Positions 20,890 to 29,685 of a stretch of DNA of 64,000 nt are shown here, in pieces. How positions within the stretch are numbered: the stretch's first letter is position 1; every line of letters starts with the position of its first letter. Origin of the DNA: an uncultured Demequinaceae bacterium (lineage in GTDB: Bacteria; Actinomycetota; Actinomycetes; Actinomycetales; Demequinaceae). The notes under the pieces are model-generated. The model saw only the letters and a program-made list of their open reading frames with translations. It made no database searches and was not told where the DNA came from. The stretch lies in assembly GCA_964517615.1 (NCBI GenBank), contig CAZFEH010000001.1, positions 21,961 to 85,960 on the forward strand. The letters run 5' to 3'. Both the position numbers and the translations under genes were made by a program.

Positions 20890-21843
20890 CTAGGACCTGC
20901 CCATGAGCGTTCCGGCGCCACGGCCCAGCAGGGCGTGGGCGGCGCGGCGACCGAGGCTCTGGGCGAAGGCCGCCGGACCACTCACCTGCTCGTTGAGGGC
21001 GAGCACCCCGTCCTCCCTGATGACCCGCACCTGCAGACGCACCTGACCGCCCTCGCACACCGCATGCGCGCCTACGGGGGCTGCACAACCCGCTTGAAGC
21101 ACCTCGAGAGCCGTGCGTTCCGCCGTCACCGCCGCGCGCGTGGGGCCGTGGTCGAGCGCGGCGACAAGACTGCGCAGCGCCGGTGCGGCATCGTCGCGCA
21201 GCTCGATCGCGAGCGCACCCTGCCCCGGTGCGGGGACCATGTCGTCTGTCTCCCACACATGCGAGACGGCTTCGGGGCGCCCCAGCCGTTCCAGGCCCGC
21301 GACCGCGAGGATCACCGCGTCGAAGCCGTCACCGAGCGCCGCGAGGCGCGAGTCCACGTTGCCGCGTATCTCGCGCGGTTCCACATCGGGGCGCAACGCG
21401 CGCAACTGTGCGGCGCGGCGAGGCGAGGAGGTGCCCACCACGGCCCCCGGTGCAAGCAGGTCCACCGCGTTGGCCGCATCGCGCGAGGCCTCCAGGTCGT
21501 GTTCGCCGTCATATCCCGACGGGAGGCACAGGGCATCCCGGGCATCGGCGCGAGCAGGGATGGCCGCCACCGTGAGACCCGGGAAGGGGGCCACGGGCAT
21601 GTCCTTGAGCGAATGGACCAGCACGTCGCACTCGTCGGCCAGGAGTGCCGTGCGCAAGGCCGTGACAAAGGCCCCGGTCTCGCTGAGCCCCACGAGCGAG
21701 CCGCGTATCGTGTCCCCGCGGGTGACAACCTCCACGTACTCGATGTCGAGTTCGCCGCCAGAGGCCTCGGCGAGGGCCCGCCCCACCTGTTCACTTTGCG
21801 CGCGGGCCAGCTGCGAGCCGCGCGTGCCGATGCGTATGCTCAC
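20890..21843 (-). CDS. hemC: Hydroxymethylbilane synthase (porphobilinogen deaminase)
   Basis: IRIGTRGSQLARAQ, VHSLKDMP, GTSSPRR, IRGNVDSRL, PAPGQGALA, GCAAP. Confidence 0.96.
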   Translation of the reverse strand: MSIRIGTRGSQLARAQSEQVGRALAEASGGELDIEYVEVVTRGDTIRGSLVGLSETGAFVTALRTALLADECDVLVHSLKDMPVAPFPGLTVAAIPARADARDALCLPSGYDGEHDLEASRDAANAVDLLAPGAVVGTSSPRRAAQLRALRPDVEPREIRGNVDSRLAALGDGFDAVILAVAGLERLGRPEAVSHVWETDDMVPAPGQGALAIELRDDAAPALRSLVAALDHGPTRAAVTAERTALEVLQAGCAAPVGAHAVCEGGQVRLQVRVIREDGVLALNEQVSGPAAFAQSLGRRAAHALLGRGAGTLMGRS

Positions 21844-22487
21844 TCACGTCTCCACACCGCGCGGATCACGACGGCCGCGCCACCAGCCACGACTGCTGCC
21901 GCGACGACCCACCACGCCCAGGCCGATGCCCCGCTGCCTGCCTCTGGCGCCACCGGGACGACGGTGACGCTGACGGTGGGGCTGGGTGAGGGCGTGCCCT
22001 CTGTCACGGTGGGCTCGGACGTGGCGGAGGGTGTCACGGTGGGCTCAGGGTCGTTGACCACGAACGTCAGCACACCCTCGACCGGATGGCCGTCGGCAGA
22101 AACCACACGCCAATCCACTGTTGCCGCCCCGGCAGCGAGCACCGGCAGTGTGGCGGCCACGATGTGGTCCTCCGGGAAGCGCGGCTCAAGGGCCGTCACC
22201 GTCCCCGCCGCGTCTGTCACCGTCAGCTCGTTGCCCAACTGGATGAGTGCCTGGTTGAACACGAGGGACACCTCGGCGGGGGCATCGACCTCCGCGCCCT
22301 CCGCGGGAGTGCTCTCCAGGAGTGCCGTGTGGGCGTGCGCCGAGCCTGCGACACTCAGGGTGAACGCGACGGCCACGAGCACGACCACCAAGGCGGCAGT
22401 CGCTGCCGGAAGGGGCCTCGCCCCGGATGAGGCCATGCGGAGTGACATGGGGGCGGGCATGAGCGTGCGAGTGGAGACCGGAAGCAT
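21840..22487 (-). CDS. CopC-family copper-binding protein with C-terminal membrane anchor
   Basis: Signal peptide ending AHA|HTALLESTPAEG; WRVVSADGHPVEG; Pro/Thr linker and C-terminal TM helix. Start uncertain (22487, 22460 or 22448). Confidence 0.82.
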   Translation of the reverse strand: MLPVSTRTLMPAPMSLRMASSGARPLPAATAALVVVLVAVAFTLSVAGSAHAHTALLESTPAEGAEVDAPAEVSLVFNQALIQLGNELTVTDAAGTVTALEPRFPEDHIVAATLPVLAAGAATVDWRVVSADGHPVEGVLTFVVNDPEPTVTPSATSEPTVTEGTPSPSPTVSVTVVPVAPEAGSGASAWAWWVVAAAVVAGGAAVVIRAVWRRE

Positions 22488-22523
22488 GTCTCCAAGTATC
22501 CCCCGTGTGGGTCCCAGCCCTCC

Positions 22524-22684
22524 CCCTCCACTCCGCTCCCCCCACCCTCGCCCAGCCCCGCCGTTCCCTCCACTCCGCTCCCCCACCCTCGCCCAGCCCC
22601 GCCGTTTTCTGCGGATCCGCAGAAAACAGCGAAAGAACGTGCTCTCTTCGGAGGTTTCATGCGGATCCGCGGAAAACGGCGGGG
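22524..22684. repeat. 41/42-bp tandem duplication followed by a REP-like inverted repeat
   Basis: CCCTCCACTCCGCTCCCCCACCCTCGCCCAGCCCCGCCGTT twice (22524-22606). IR arms CCCCGCCGTTTTCTGCGGATCCGCA (22597-22621) and TGCGGATCCGCGGAAAACGGCGGGG (22660-22684). Confidence 0.8.
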
Positions 22685-22755
22685 GTGAGGGGTGGGGGCG
22701 TATGGGGCGGGTGCGTACGGAGGCGGGAGCCTATGGGAGTGGGGCGGCGGAACAC

Positions 22756-22792
22756 AAAAAAGTGGGGCCGGCACCTTGCGGTGCCGGCCCCA
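22756..22792 (-). terminator. Intrinsic terminator downstream of doxX
   Basis: GGGGCCGGCAC-loop-GTGCCGGCCCC hairpin followed by T6 on the minus strand. Confidence 0.8.
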
Positions 22793-22805
22793 GTGAGGAG
22801 GTCTG

Positions 22806-23405
22806 CTAGAGGAGCCAGCCGTTCTTCTTGACGATGCCAAGCGAACGCCACCACTTGCCGAGGCCGATGGGCTGGTCCTTCAACTCCACCAGCACGATGG
22901 CGAGTCCTGCCACGCCGTAGATGATGTGGTAGTCGATGAAGGGGTTGGTCAGGCCACCCGAGAAGGGCCAGGCGTGCGACACGTACATCATCGCGAGCAT
23001 CGCAATGCCGGACCATGCTGCGATCTTGGTGCCGATGCCCAGGATCAGGGCCAGGCCGATGCCCAGCAGACCGATCATGAAGATCCAGTCGGTCCAGCGC
23101 TGGCCCGCGAGGCCGATGAAGACGTCGGCCAGCGGGCCGGAAGAGGAACCGAGGTAGCCCTTGGTCACGGCGCCACCGGAAAGCCACGCCTTTTCACACA
23201 TGACGTCAACCGAACCATAAATGGTGACCGCGCTTCCAGTTTCGGTGAGCATGCCGGTCGAATTGCGGCAGGTGGTGAAGCCCAGGCCGATCAGCTTGTC
23301 CAGGAAGGCCCAGAGGAAGATCCAGCCGATGAGGATGCGGGTGACGCTGAGAAGCTTGTAGCCCACGCCGGCATTCACCACCGCGGTCTCGTTGTCCTTT
23401 GCCAT
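22806..23405 (-). CDS. DoxX-family membrane protein
   Basis: RILIGWIFLWAFLDKLIGLGF, AWLSGGAVTKGYL, NPFIDYH; four TM helices. Confidence 0.8.
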   Translation of the reverse strand: MAKDNETAVVNAGVGYKLLSVTRILIGWIFLWAFLDKLIGLGFTTCRNSTGMLTETGSAVTIYGSVDVMCEKAWLSGGAVTKGYLGSSSGPLADVFIGLAGQRWTDWIFMIGLLGIGLALILGIGTKIAAWSGIAMLAMMYVSHAWPFSGGLTNPFIDYHIIYGVAGLAIVLVELKDQPIGLGKWWRSLGIVKKNGWLL

Positions 23406-23504
23406 GATTACTCTCCTTGAAGGTCTAGCCGGTTCCCCGGCCAGTGAGCCAGCGCCTGAGCTGGCGTCTACATGGACGTTATTCCCGGTCCCGGGTCCCG
23501 ATGC

Positions 23505-23518
23505 GGGACCTGGGTCCC
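23505..23518. promoter_or_regulatory. Putative DosR/DevR-type box upstream of doxX
   Basis: GGGAC-CTGG-GTCCC palindrome, with a degenerate copy about 20 bp toward the gene. Confidence 0.5.
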
Positions 23519-23678
23519 GGGCTAGGACGTCTACCCACGATTGTGTCGTGAAAAATCGGATACCAGGGGAGAGTGTGAAGGAATCCACAGCCGACACCAC
23601 TGACACACGCGCAAATCGAAACGTTATGATTGCGGGCGAAGCACACATCCCCACCCGGCCCCACAGACGGAGATATCG

Positions 23679-24872
23679 GTGACAACAACCCTCAATCGCG
23701 CCCGTTGGGGCGTGATCTTGATGTTCCTCACCAATGGGATGGTGTGGGCCACTCTCGTCCCCCGCTACCCCGAGATTCGCGACAGCATCGGCCTCACCTA
23801 TGCCCAATTGGGTCTCGCAGTGGCTTGCGGTCCCGCCGGGGCGATCGTCCTGGGACTGACCGCCGGCCCGCTCATCCGCCGTTTCACCTCGCGCTGGGTC
23901 GGGCTCGTCTCCACTCTGCTCATGGCCTTCGCGGCCCTGGGTGCGGCCTTCGCCCAGAGCTGGGTCCAGCTCGCCCTCGCCCTGTTCGCGCTGGGCGCCC
24001 TCGATTCCATCACCGACGTCGCCCAGAATGCCCACGGCCTACGCGTGCAGCGGGCGGTGGGGCGCTCGATGCTCAACGGCTTCCACGCCACGTGGAGCAT
24101 CGGCGCGGTCTTCGGCGGCCTGCTCGCCGGAGCCGCCGCGGGCCTGGGCATGTCGGTGCCGCTGCATGTGGGCCTGTCCTGGGTGCTCGTATTCACGCTC
24201 CTCGTTGTCGCCTACCCCCTGCTGCTGCGTGGCCCCGACACCGCCGAGGAGGAGAGCGACGCCAAGCTCACCCTGCGCGGTGTACCCCTGCGCTCGTGGC
24301 TCGTGCTGCTCGCGCTGGGCATGATCGCCATCGCAGGCGTCTGGGTCGAGGACGCGGGTGGCACGTGGGCCACCTCCTACCTGCGCGACTCCCTGGGCGC
24401 CGCGCCCACGCTCGCGTCGATGGGATTCGTGGCGCTCATGGCGCTGCATTTTGTGGGCCGCGTGACGGGCGACAGGCTCATCGACCACTGGGGCCAGCGC
24501 ACGGTCGCCCGTGTCGGCGCGGTGATCACGACGGTGGGAATGGGAGTCGCGCTCTTGTTCCCCACCATCCCGCTCACCATCGTAGGGTTCGCACTTGCGG
24601 GCCTGGGCGTGGCCACCACCGTCCCCGCAGCCATGCACGGCGCCGATGTCCTGCCCGGCTTCCGGGCGGGAACCGGCCTGACGATCTCCTCCTGGATGTT
24701 GCGCATCGGCTTTCTGGTCTCGCCTCCCATCGTGGGGGCCGTCGCCGATGCCACGAGCCTGCGGATGGGTCTGCTGGTGGTGCCGCTCGCGGGAGCGGTG
24801 ATCTTCGCGCTCTCCGGGGTGCTGTCCCGGGACAAGGCCTCATACACCCAGCCGGCCGCCGCCTCGGAATAG
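23679..24872 (+). CDS. MFS transporter
   Basis: About 12 TM helices; DSITDVAQNAHG, FHATWSIG, GRVTGDRLIDHWG. Confidence 0.85.
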   Translation: MTTTLNRARWGVILMFLTNGMVWATLVPRYPEIRDSIGLTYAQLGLAVACGPAGAIVLGLTAGPLIRRFTSRWVGLVSTLLMAFAALGAAFAQSWVQLALALFALGALDSITDVAQNAHGLRVQRAVGRSMLNGFHATWSIGAVFGGLLAGAAAGLGMSVPLHVGLSWVLVFTLLVVAYPLLLRGPDTAEEESDAKLTLRGVPLRSWLVLLALGMIAIAGVWVEDAGGTWATSYLRDSLGAAPTLASMGFVALMALHFVGRVTGDRLIDHWGQRTVARVGAVITTVGMGVALLFPTIPLTIVGFALAGLGVATTVPAAMHGADVLPGFRAGTGLTISSWMLRIGFLVSPPIVGAVADATSLRMGLLVVPLAGAVIFALSGVLSRDKASYTQPAAASE

Positions 24873-24874
24873 GG

Positions 24875-26509
24875 CTAACCGCGCCGGCTGGCTACCTGCG
24901 CCCGCGCGAAGGCCACCGCGGGTTCGAGCTCGGTGAACACGTGCGCATCGTCGCCGAGGGCGCGCAGCAGACCCACCTGCTCCACGAGCCTCTCGTGATG
25001 CGGCAGGATGCCCTTGAGCAGCACCGTCACCGAGCGCCGGCGCAACTGCGTCACCATCTCGGTGAGCACCTGCGCTCCGGTGGCGTCCATCAGATGCACC
25101 TGTGACATCCGCAGGATCACCACCTGGACGTTCTCGAGAGTCGTCACCTCCTCGACCACGCGCCCCACTGCGCCGAAGTACAGCGCGCCGTCCAGGCGCA
25201 GCAGCGCGATGTGCTCATCGCCCTCCTGCTCGGGGCCGGGCAGCGCCTCCCGATGTGCGCCCGCCGACTGCGACATGGCGCGCAGTGCGAGTATCGAGGC
25301 GGCGATGAAGCCGACGACCACCGCATAGATCAGATCGATGCTCACCGTGATGGCGGCCGTGATCCAGAACACGAGCGCGCCCTGGCGCGAGGAGCGCACC
25401 ACCGCCCTGACCGCCGCCCGATGCACCATCCCCACCGCCGTGACCATGAGCACGCCCGACAGCGCCGCGAGCGGGATGTGGGACACGACGCCCGAGAGCA
25501 CCCCCACGACGAGCAGCAGCACGAGCGCGTGGTTGAGTGCGGCCACCCTGGTGCGCGCTCCCGCGCGGACGTTGACCGCCGTGCGGGCGATGGCTCCCGT
25601 GGCGGGCATCCCGCCGAACAGGCCTGCGGCCACGGAGGCCAGGCCCTGGCCCACGAGTTCCCTGTCCGCGTCGTAGCCGCCCACATCGGCATGCGAGGCG
25701 ACCACGCGAGCCGAGAGCAGCGACTCGATGGCGGCGAGTGCCGCGACCGCCACTGCCGGCCCCAGGAGCGCGGCGGCCAGGCCCGGGTCCCAGGCGGGAA
25801 GCGAGGGCAGCGGCAACCCTGCGGGCAGATCGCCGATGGTCGCCACACCCAGGTGCCCCACGTACGCGAGCGCCGAGACCACCACGATGGCCACGATCGA
25901 GGCGGGCACGGCCCGGGTCAGGCGCGGCAGGACGACCATGATGAGGGCCACGCAGGCGGCGAGACCGATCTCGCGCCAGGAACCGGCATCGGCCTCGGCG
26001 AGGGACTGCACCGCCGCGATGGCCGCGTTGGTGTGGTGCCCCTCCGGCGACACCCCGAGCGCCGCGGGAACCTGCTGCAGGAAGATGATGATCGCGATGC
26101 CGAGCGTGAAGCCCTCGATGACGGGCCACGGGATGAGGCTGACGAGACGGCCCAGACGGGCGAGGCCCGCCGCCATGACCAGCAGCCCCGCGAGCAGGGT
26201 CACGACGGCGAGCGCGCCCATGCCCCGCTGAGCGAGAATGGGGGCGAGCACCACGACCATCGCGCCGGTGGGCCCGGACACCTGCACATGGGAGCCTCCG
26301 AAGATGGCAGCCACCGCCCCGGCGACGATCGCGGTGATGAGTCCGGCCTCGGCCCCCGCACCGGAACTCACCCCGAAAGCGAGGGCGAGGGGCAGCGCGA
26401 CGATGCCGACCGTCACTCCAGCGAGCAGGTCGCCACGCCAGGTGGTGCGCAGTGACGCATAGTCGCGCCGTCCGGGCAGCAGACCAGCGAGGTGGCTGAA
26501 GGCGCTCAT
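24875..26509 (-). CDS. SulP-family anion transporter with STAS domain
   Basis: DLLAGVTVGIVALPLALAFG, VSGPTGAM, AAIESLLSA, PATGAIART, LDGALYFG...MDATG. Confidence 0.92.
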   Translation of the reverse strand: MSAFSHLAGLLPGRRDYASLRTTWRGDLLAGVTVGIVALPLALAFGVSSGAGAEAGLITAIVAGAVAAIFGGSHVQVSGPTGAMVVVLAPILAQRGMGALAVVTLLAGLLVMAAGLARLGRLVSLIPWPVIEGFTLGIAIIIFLQQVPAALGVSPEGHHTNAAIAAVQSLAEADAGSWREIGLAACVALIMVVLPRLTRAVPASIVAIVVVSALAYVGHLGVATIGDLPAGLPLPSLPAWDPGLAAALLGPAVAVAALAAIESLLSARVVASHADVGGYDADRELVGQGLASVAAGLFGGMPATGAIARTAVNVRAGARTRVAALNHALVLLLVVGVLSGVVSHIPLAALSGVLMVTAVGMVHRAAVRAVVRSSRQGALVFWITAAITVSIDLIYAVVVGFIAASILALRAMSQSAGAHREALPGPEQEGDEHIALLRLDGALYFGAVGRVVEEVTTLENVQVVILRMSQVHLMDATGAQVLTEMVTQLRRRSVTVLLKGILPHHERLVEQVGLLRALGDDAHVFTELEPAVAFARAQVASRRG

Positions 26510-26880
26510 GGAAGGTCAACCCCTACGGCGGGAAGGTCCGCGTGGGCCTCGGCCAGGTGCTGCGCCGTCTCCCGGCGCCCGTCCACCACGTCATGGAGGA
26601 GGGCGCGCGCCGCGACGAGCAGGCCCGCCACCGAGGGATAGGCCAGGCTGTAGTAGACCGAGCTCGCACGTCGCTGCGAGCGGACCAGCCCGTAGCGACG
26701 CAGCACACTGAGATGCTGGGACAGGTGGGACGGCTCCAGGTCGAGACGCTCCAGGAGTTCCGCCACGGATCGCTCGGGGCATTCGCTGAGCAGTTCGAGC
26801 ACGCGGATGCGCACCGGATGGGCGACCCCCTTGAAGAGTTCCGCCTTGACCTCGTAGAGCGGCCGACCGCTGTCCATCAT
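26506..26880 (-). CDS. ArsR/SmtB-family transcriptional regulator
   Basis: KAELFKGVAHPVRIRVLELL...LSQHLSVLRR; overlaps the sulP start. Confidence 0.9.
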   Translation of the reverse strand: MMDSGRPLYEVKAELFKGVAHPVRIRVLELLSECPERSVAELLERLDLEPSHLSQHLSVLRRYGLVRSQRRASSVYYSLAYPSVAGLLVAARALLHDVVDGRRETAQHLAEAHADLPAVGVDLP

Positions 26881-26917
26881 GCTCCGTTCCGTGTGGGCGC
26901 ACGCCACCGATATGGCG

Positions 26918-26937
26918 ATGTGATGAAACCATCATAT
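26918..26937. promoter_or_regulatory. Candidate ArsR operator
   Basis: Imperfect palindrome ATGTGATG-AAAC-CATCATAT just upstream of arsR. Confidence 0.4.
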
Positions 26938-27002
26938 GGTGGCCAGAGAGTCACGCGCCGCCGCCAGAGGTCCCGGGAATAGACCCGCGAGCCATGCGTT
27001 AT

Positions 27003-27020
27003 TACATGCAGATGCATATA
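27003..27020. promoter_or_regulatory. Candidate MarR operator
   Basis: AT-rich palindrome TAC-ATGCA-GA-TGCAT-ATA about 20 bp before the LLM gene of a MarR-containing operon. Confidence 0.45.
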
Positions 27021-27037
27021 TTTCTAGGGAGCCTTCC

Positions 27038-28225
27038 ATGCAGTTCGGCGTCATGTCAGTCAGCGATATCACCCGCGACCCCGTCAGCGGCTACACGCCC
27101 TCTGAGGCGGAGCGCATCGATGCGGTCGTCACCATCGCCCGCCACGCGGAGGAGGTGGGACTGGACGTCTTCGCCCTCGGCGAGCACCACAACCCGCCGT
27201 TCTTCTCCTCCTCCCCCACGACCCTGCTCGCGAGCATCGCGGCGCGCACGGAGCGCATCGTCCTGACCACCTCCACCACGCTCATCACCACCAACGACCC
27301 CGTGCGCCTGGCGGAGGAGTACGCCATGCTGCAGCACCTCACCAAGGGACGCATGGACCTCATGCTGGGGCGTGGCAACACGGCGCCGGTCTATCCGTGG
27401 TTCGGCCAGGACATCCGCCAGGGCCTGCCGCTGGCCCTCGAGAACTACAACCTGCTGCACCGGCTGTGGCGCGAGGACGTCGTGGACTGGGAGGGCAGCT
27501 TCCGCACCCCGCTCCAGGGCTTCACCTCCACCCCGCGCCCACTCGACGACGTGCCGCCGTTCGTGTGGCACGGCTCCATCCGCACGCCCGAGATCGCGGA
27601 GCAGGCCGCCTACTACGGCAACGGCTTCTTCGCCAACCACATCTTCTGGCCCAAGGAGCACACCGAGCGCATGGTGCGCTTCTACCGTCAGCGCTTTGAG
27701 CACTACGGCCACGGCACGGCCAAGGAGGCGATCGTGGGCCTGGGCGGCCACGTCTACATCGGCAAGAACTCCCAGGACGCGGTGCGCGAGTTTCGCCCCT
27801 ACTTCAACGAGGCCCCCGTCTACGGTCACGGCCCGTCGTTGGAGGACTTCGCCGCACAGACCCCGATGACGGTGGGTTCCGTGCAGGAGGTCATCGACCG
27901 CACCCTGACCTTCCGCGAGTACGTGGGCGACTACCAGCGCCAGCTGTTCCTCGCCGACCACTCCGGCCTGCCCCTGCCGATGGTGCTCAAGCAGCTCGAT
28001 CTGCTGGGCGGCGAGGTGGTGCCCGTGCTGCGCAAGGAGCTCGAGTCCCGCCGCGACCCGGCCGCCCCCGCCAACCCGCCCAGCCACGCCGAGCTGGTGC
28101 GCGCCAAGTACGGCGACGCTGAGCCCCGTCAGCCCCGCCCCAACGCCAACCGCGGCGACAACGTCACCGGCGGCTCCCCCTACCAGGACTCCGACGTGGC
28201 GGTCGAGTCCTACCCTGTGCTCTAG
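27038..28225 (+). CDS. Luciferase-like (LLM class) flavin-dependent oxidoreductase
   Basis: GEHHNPPFFSSSP, NDPVRLAEEY, LGRGN, WHGSIRTPE. Confidence 0.9.
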   Translation: MQFGVMSVSDITRDPVSGYTPSEAERIDAVVTIARHAEEVGLDVFALGEHHNPPFFSSSPTTLLASIAARTERIVLTTSTTLITTNDPVRLAEEYAMLQHLTKGRMDLMLGRGNTAPVYPWFGQDIRQGLPLALENYNLLHRLWREDVVDWEGSFRTPLQGFTSTPRPLDDVPPFVWHGSIRTPEIAEQAAYYGNGFFANHIFWPKEHTERMVRFYRQRFEHYGHGTAKEAIVGLGGHVYIGKNSQDAVREFRPYFNEAPVYGHGPSLEDFAAQTPMTVGSVQEVIDRTLTFREYVGDYQRQLFLADHSGLPLPMVLKQLDLLGGEVVPVLRKELESRRDPAAPANPPSHAELVRAKYGDAEPRQPRPNANRGDNVTGGSPYQDSDVAVESYPVL

Positions 28226-28229
28226 GGCC

Positions 28230-28673
28230 ATGAACACCAAGGCCGCCAACGCCGCGTGGGAGGATCTGCTGACCGCCCACGCGGCGCTCATGCACCGCTT
28301 TGCGCGGCGCGACTACTGGGAGGGCGCCTCCATGCGCGAGTACGACGTGCTCTACACGCTCGCCAAATGCGACCACCCGCTGCGCCTGGCCGATCTCAGC
28401 GAGCACGTGCTCCTGAGTCAGCCCGGCCTGTCACGCCTCGTGGACCGGCTCGTCGAGCGCGGACTCGTGGAGCGCTGCACGGATCCGGCCGATGCCCGGG
28501 CCGTCCGCCTGTCTCTCACCGAGGCCGGGCGCTCCCTCCAGCGCAGCATCGGCCGCGCCCACGCCAGGGACGTCGCCGCCGCCCTCGCCCACCTGCCGTC
28601 TCACGACCTCGCCGCCCTGTCCCGCCTGACGCGAGCGCTCACCCCCACCACCCCGCCCACCAAGGAGCACTGA
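28230..28673 (+). CDS. MarR-family regulator
   Basis: EYDVLYTL...LSQPGLSRLVDRLVERGLVER...DARAV...LTEAG. Confidence 0.9.
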   Translation: MNTKAANAAWEDLLTAHAALMHRFARRDYWEGASMREYDVLYTLAKCDHPLRLADLSEHVLLSQPGLSRLVDRLVERGLVERCTDPADARAVRLSLTEAGRSLQRSIGRAHARDVAAALAHLPSHDLAALSRLTRALTPTTPPTKEH

Positions 28674-28674
28674 C

Positions 28675-29376
28675 ATGACAGCCTCTGACCGCACCACCCG
28701 GCTCGTGGTGGTCAACGCGGGGGTCTCCGATCCCTCCTCCACCCGCATGCTCGCCGACCGCGCCGCCCAGCGCGTCGTCTCCCTGGGGCAGGAGCGCGAC
28801 CTCCTAGTCGAGGTCTCCTCGCTCGACCTGAGAGAGATCCTGCCCGAACTGCCCGCCGCCTTGGCCACCCAGCACCTGGGTCCCAAGCTCACCGCTGCCG
28901 TCGCGGCCCTCGGCCAGGCCGATGCCGTGATCGCCGCCGCGCCCGTGTACAAGGCGGGCGCCTCGGGCCTGTTCACCTCGTTCTTCCAGGTGCTCGACAA
29001 CGATCTGCTGATCGGCACCCCGGTGATCCTCGCCGCCACGGCGGGCACCGCACGCCACGCGCTCGTGGTGGACGAGGAGATGCGCTCCCTGTTCGCCTAC
29101 CTGCGCACCCTGCCCGTCCCCACGTCCCTGTTCGCGAGCACCGAGGACTGGAACGACACGGCGCTCGGCGAGCGCATCGACCGGGCCGCCTTCGAACTCG
29201 TGACGCTCATGACATCGGGGTTCCGTGCCCAAGTGCGGGAGGAATCGTGGAAGAAGTACCAGCACACGTACGGCTCGGCGGGCGGCACCGAGTGGGGCAT
29301 CGACATGGACACCGACCTCATGCGCCTGGCCACGGGCGGCACGCTCGCGCCGGGAACGGGCGGAGGTGCGCGATGA
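28675..29376 (+). CDS. NADPH-dependent FMN reductase (partner of the LLM enzyme)
   Basis: GVSDPSSTRML, APVYKAGASGLF, ATAGTARH. Confidence 0.85.
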   Translation: MTASDRTTRLVVVNAGVSDPSSTRMLADRAAQRVVSLGQERDLLVEVSSLDLREILPELPAALATQHLGPKLTAAVAALGQADAVIAAAPVYKAGASGLFTSFFQVLDNDLLIGTPVILAATAGTARHALVVDEEMRSLFAYLRTLPVPTSLFASTEDWNDTALGERIDRAAFELVTLMTSGFRAQVREESWKKYQHTYGSAGGTEWGIDMDTDLMRLATGGTLAPGTGGGAR

Positions 29377-29669
29377 CCGAATACCAGGTGGAACGCAACG
29401 AGGAGCAGCGCCGCTACGACCTGTTCGCGGACGGTCAGCTGGCCGGGTTTGCGCAGTACCGCGAGACGGGCGAGCGCACGGCGTTCACCCACACCGAAGT
29501 GTTCGAGGAGTATCGCGGGGGCGGTGCCGCCGTGGCCCTGGCCGCCGCCTCCCTCGCCGATGCCGCGGCCCGCGAGCGCGTCATCGTGCCCCTGTGCCCG
29601 TTCATGGCGCGTTACCTGCGCCGCCACGACGTTCCCGGCGCCACCGTGGACTGGCCGGACGATGCCTGA
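29373..29669 (+). CDS. Small GNAT-like N-acetyltransferase (YjdJ-type)
   Basis: FTHTEVFEEYRGGG...VPLCPF. Confidence 0.82.
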   Translation: MTEYQVERNEEQRRYDLFADGQLAGFAQYRETGERTAFTHTEVFEEYRGGGAAVALAAASLADAAARERVIVPLCPFMARYLRRHDVPGATVDWPDDA

Positions 29670-29685
29670 CCAGGTGAGGACTGAC

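Noticed and set aside
20032-22809. Very long alternative-frame or antisense ORFs (925 aa here; also 5508-7067, 30961-33171, 50736-52373, 54044-56332)
   Set aside because: Shadow ORFs expected in high-GC DNA; they overlap well-supported genes and lack recognisable motifs.
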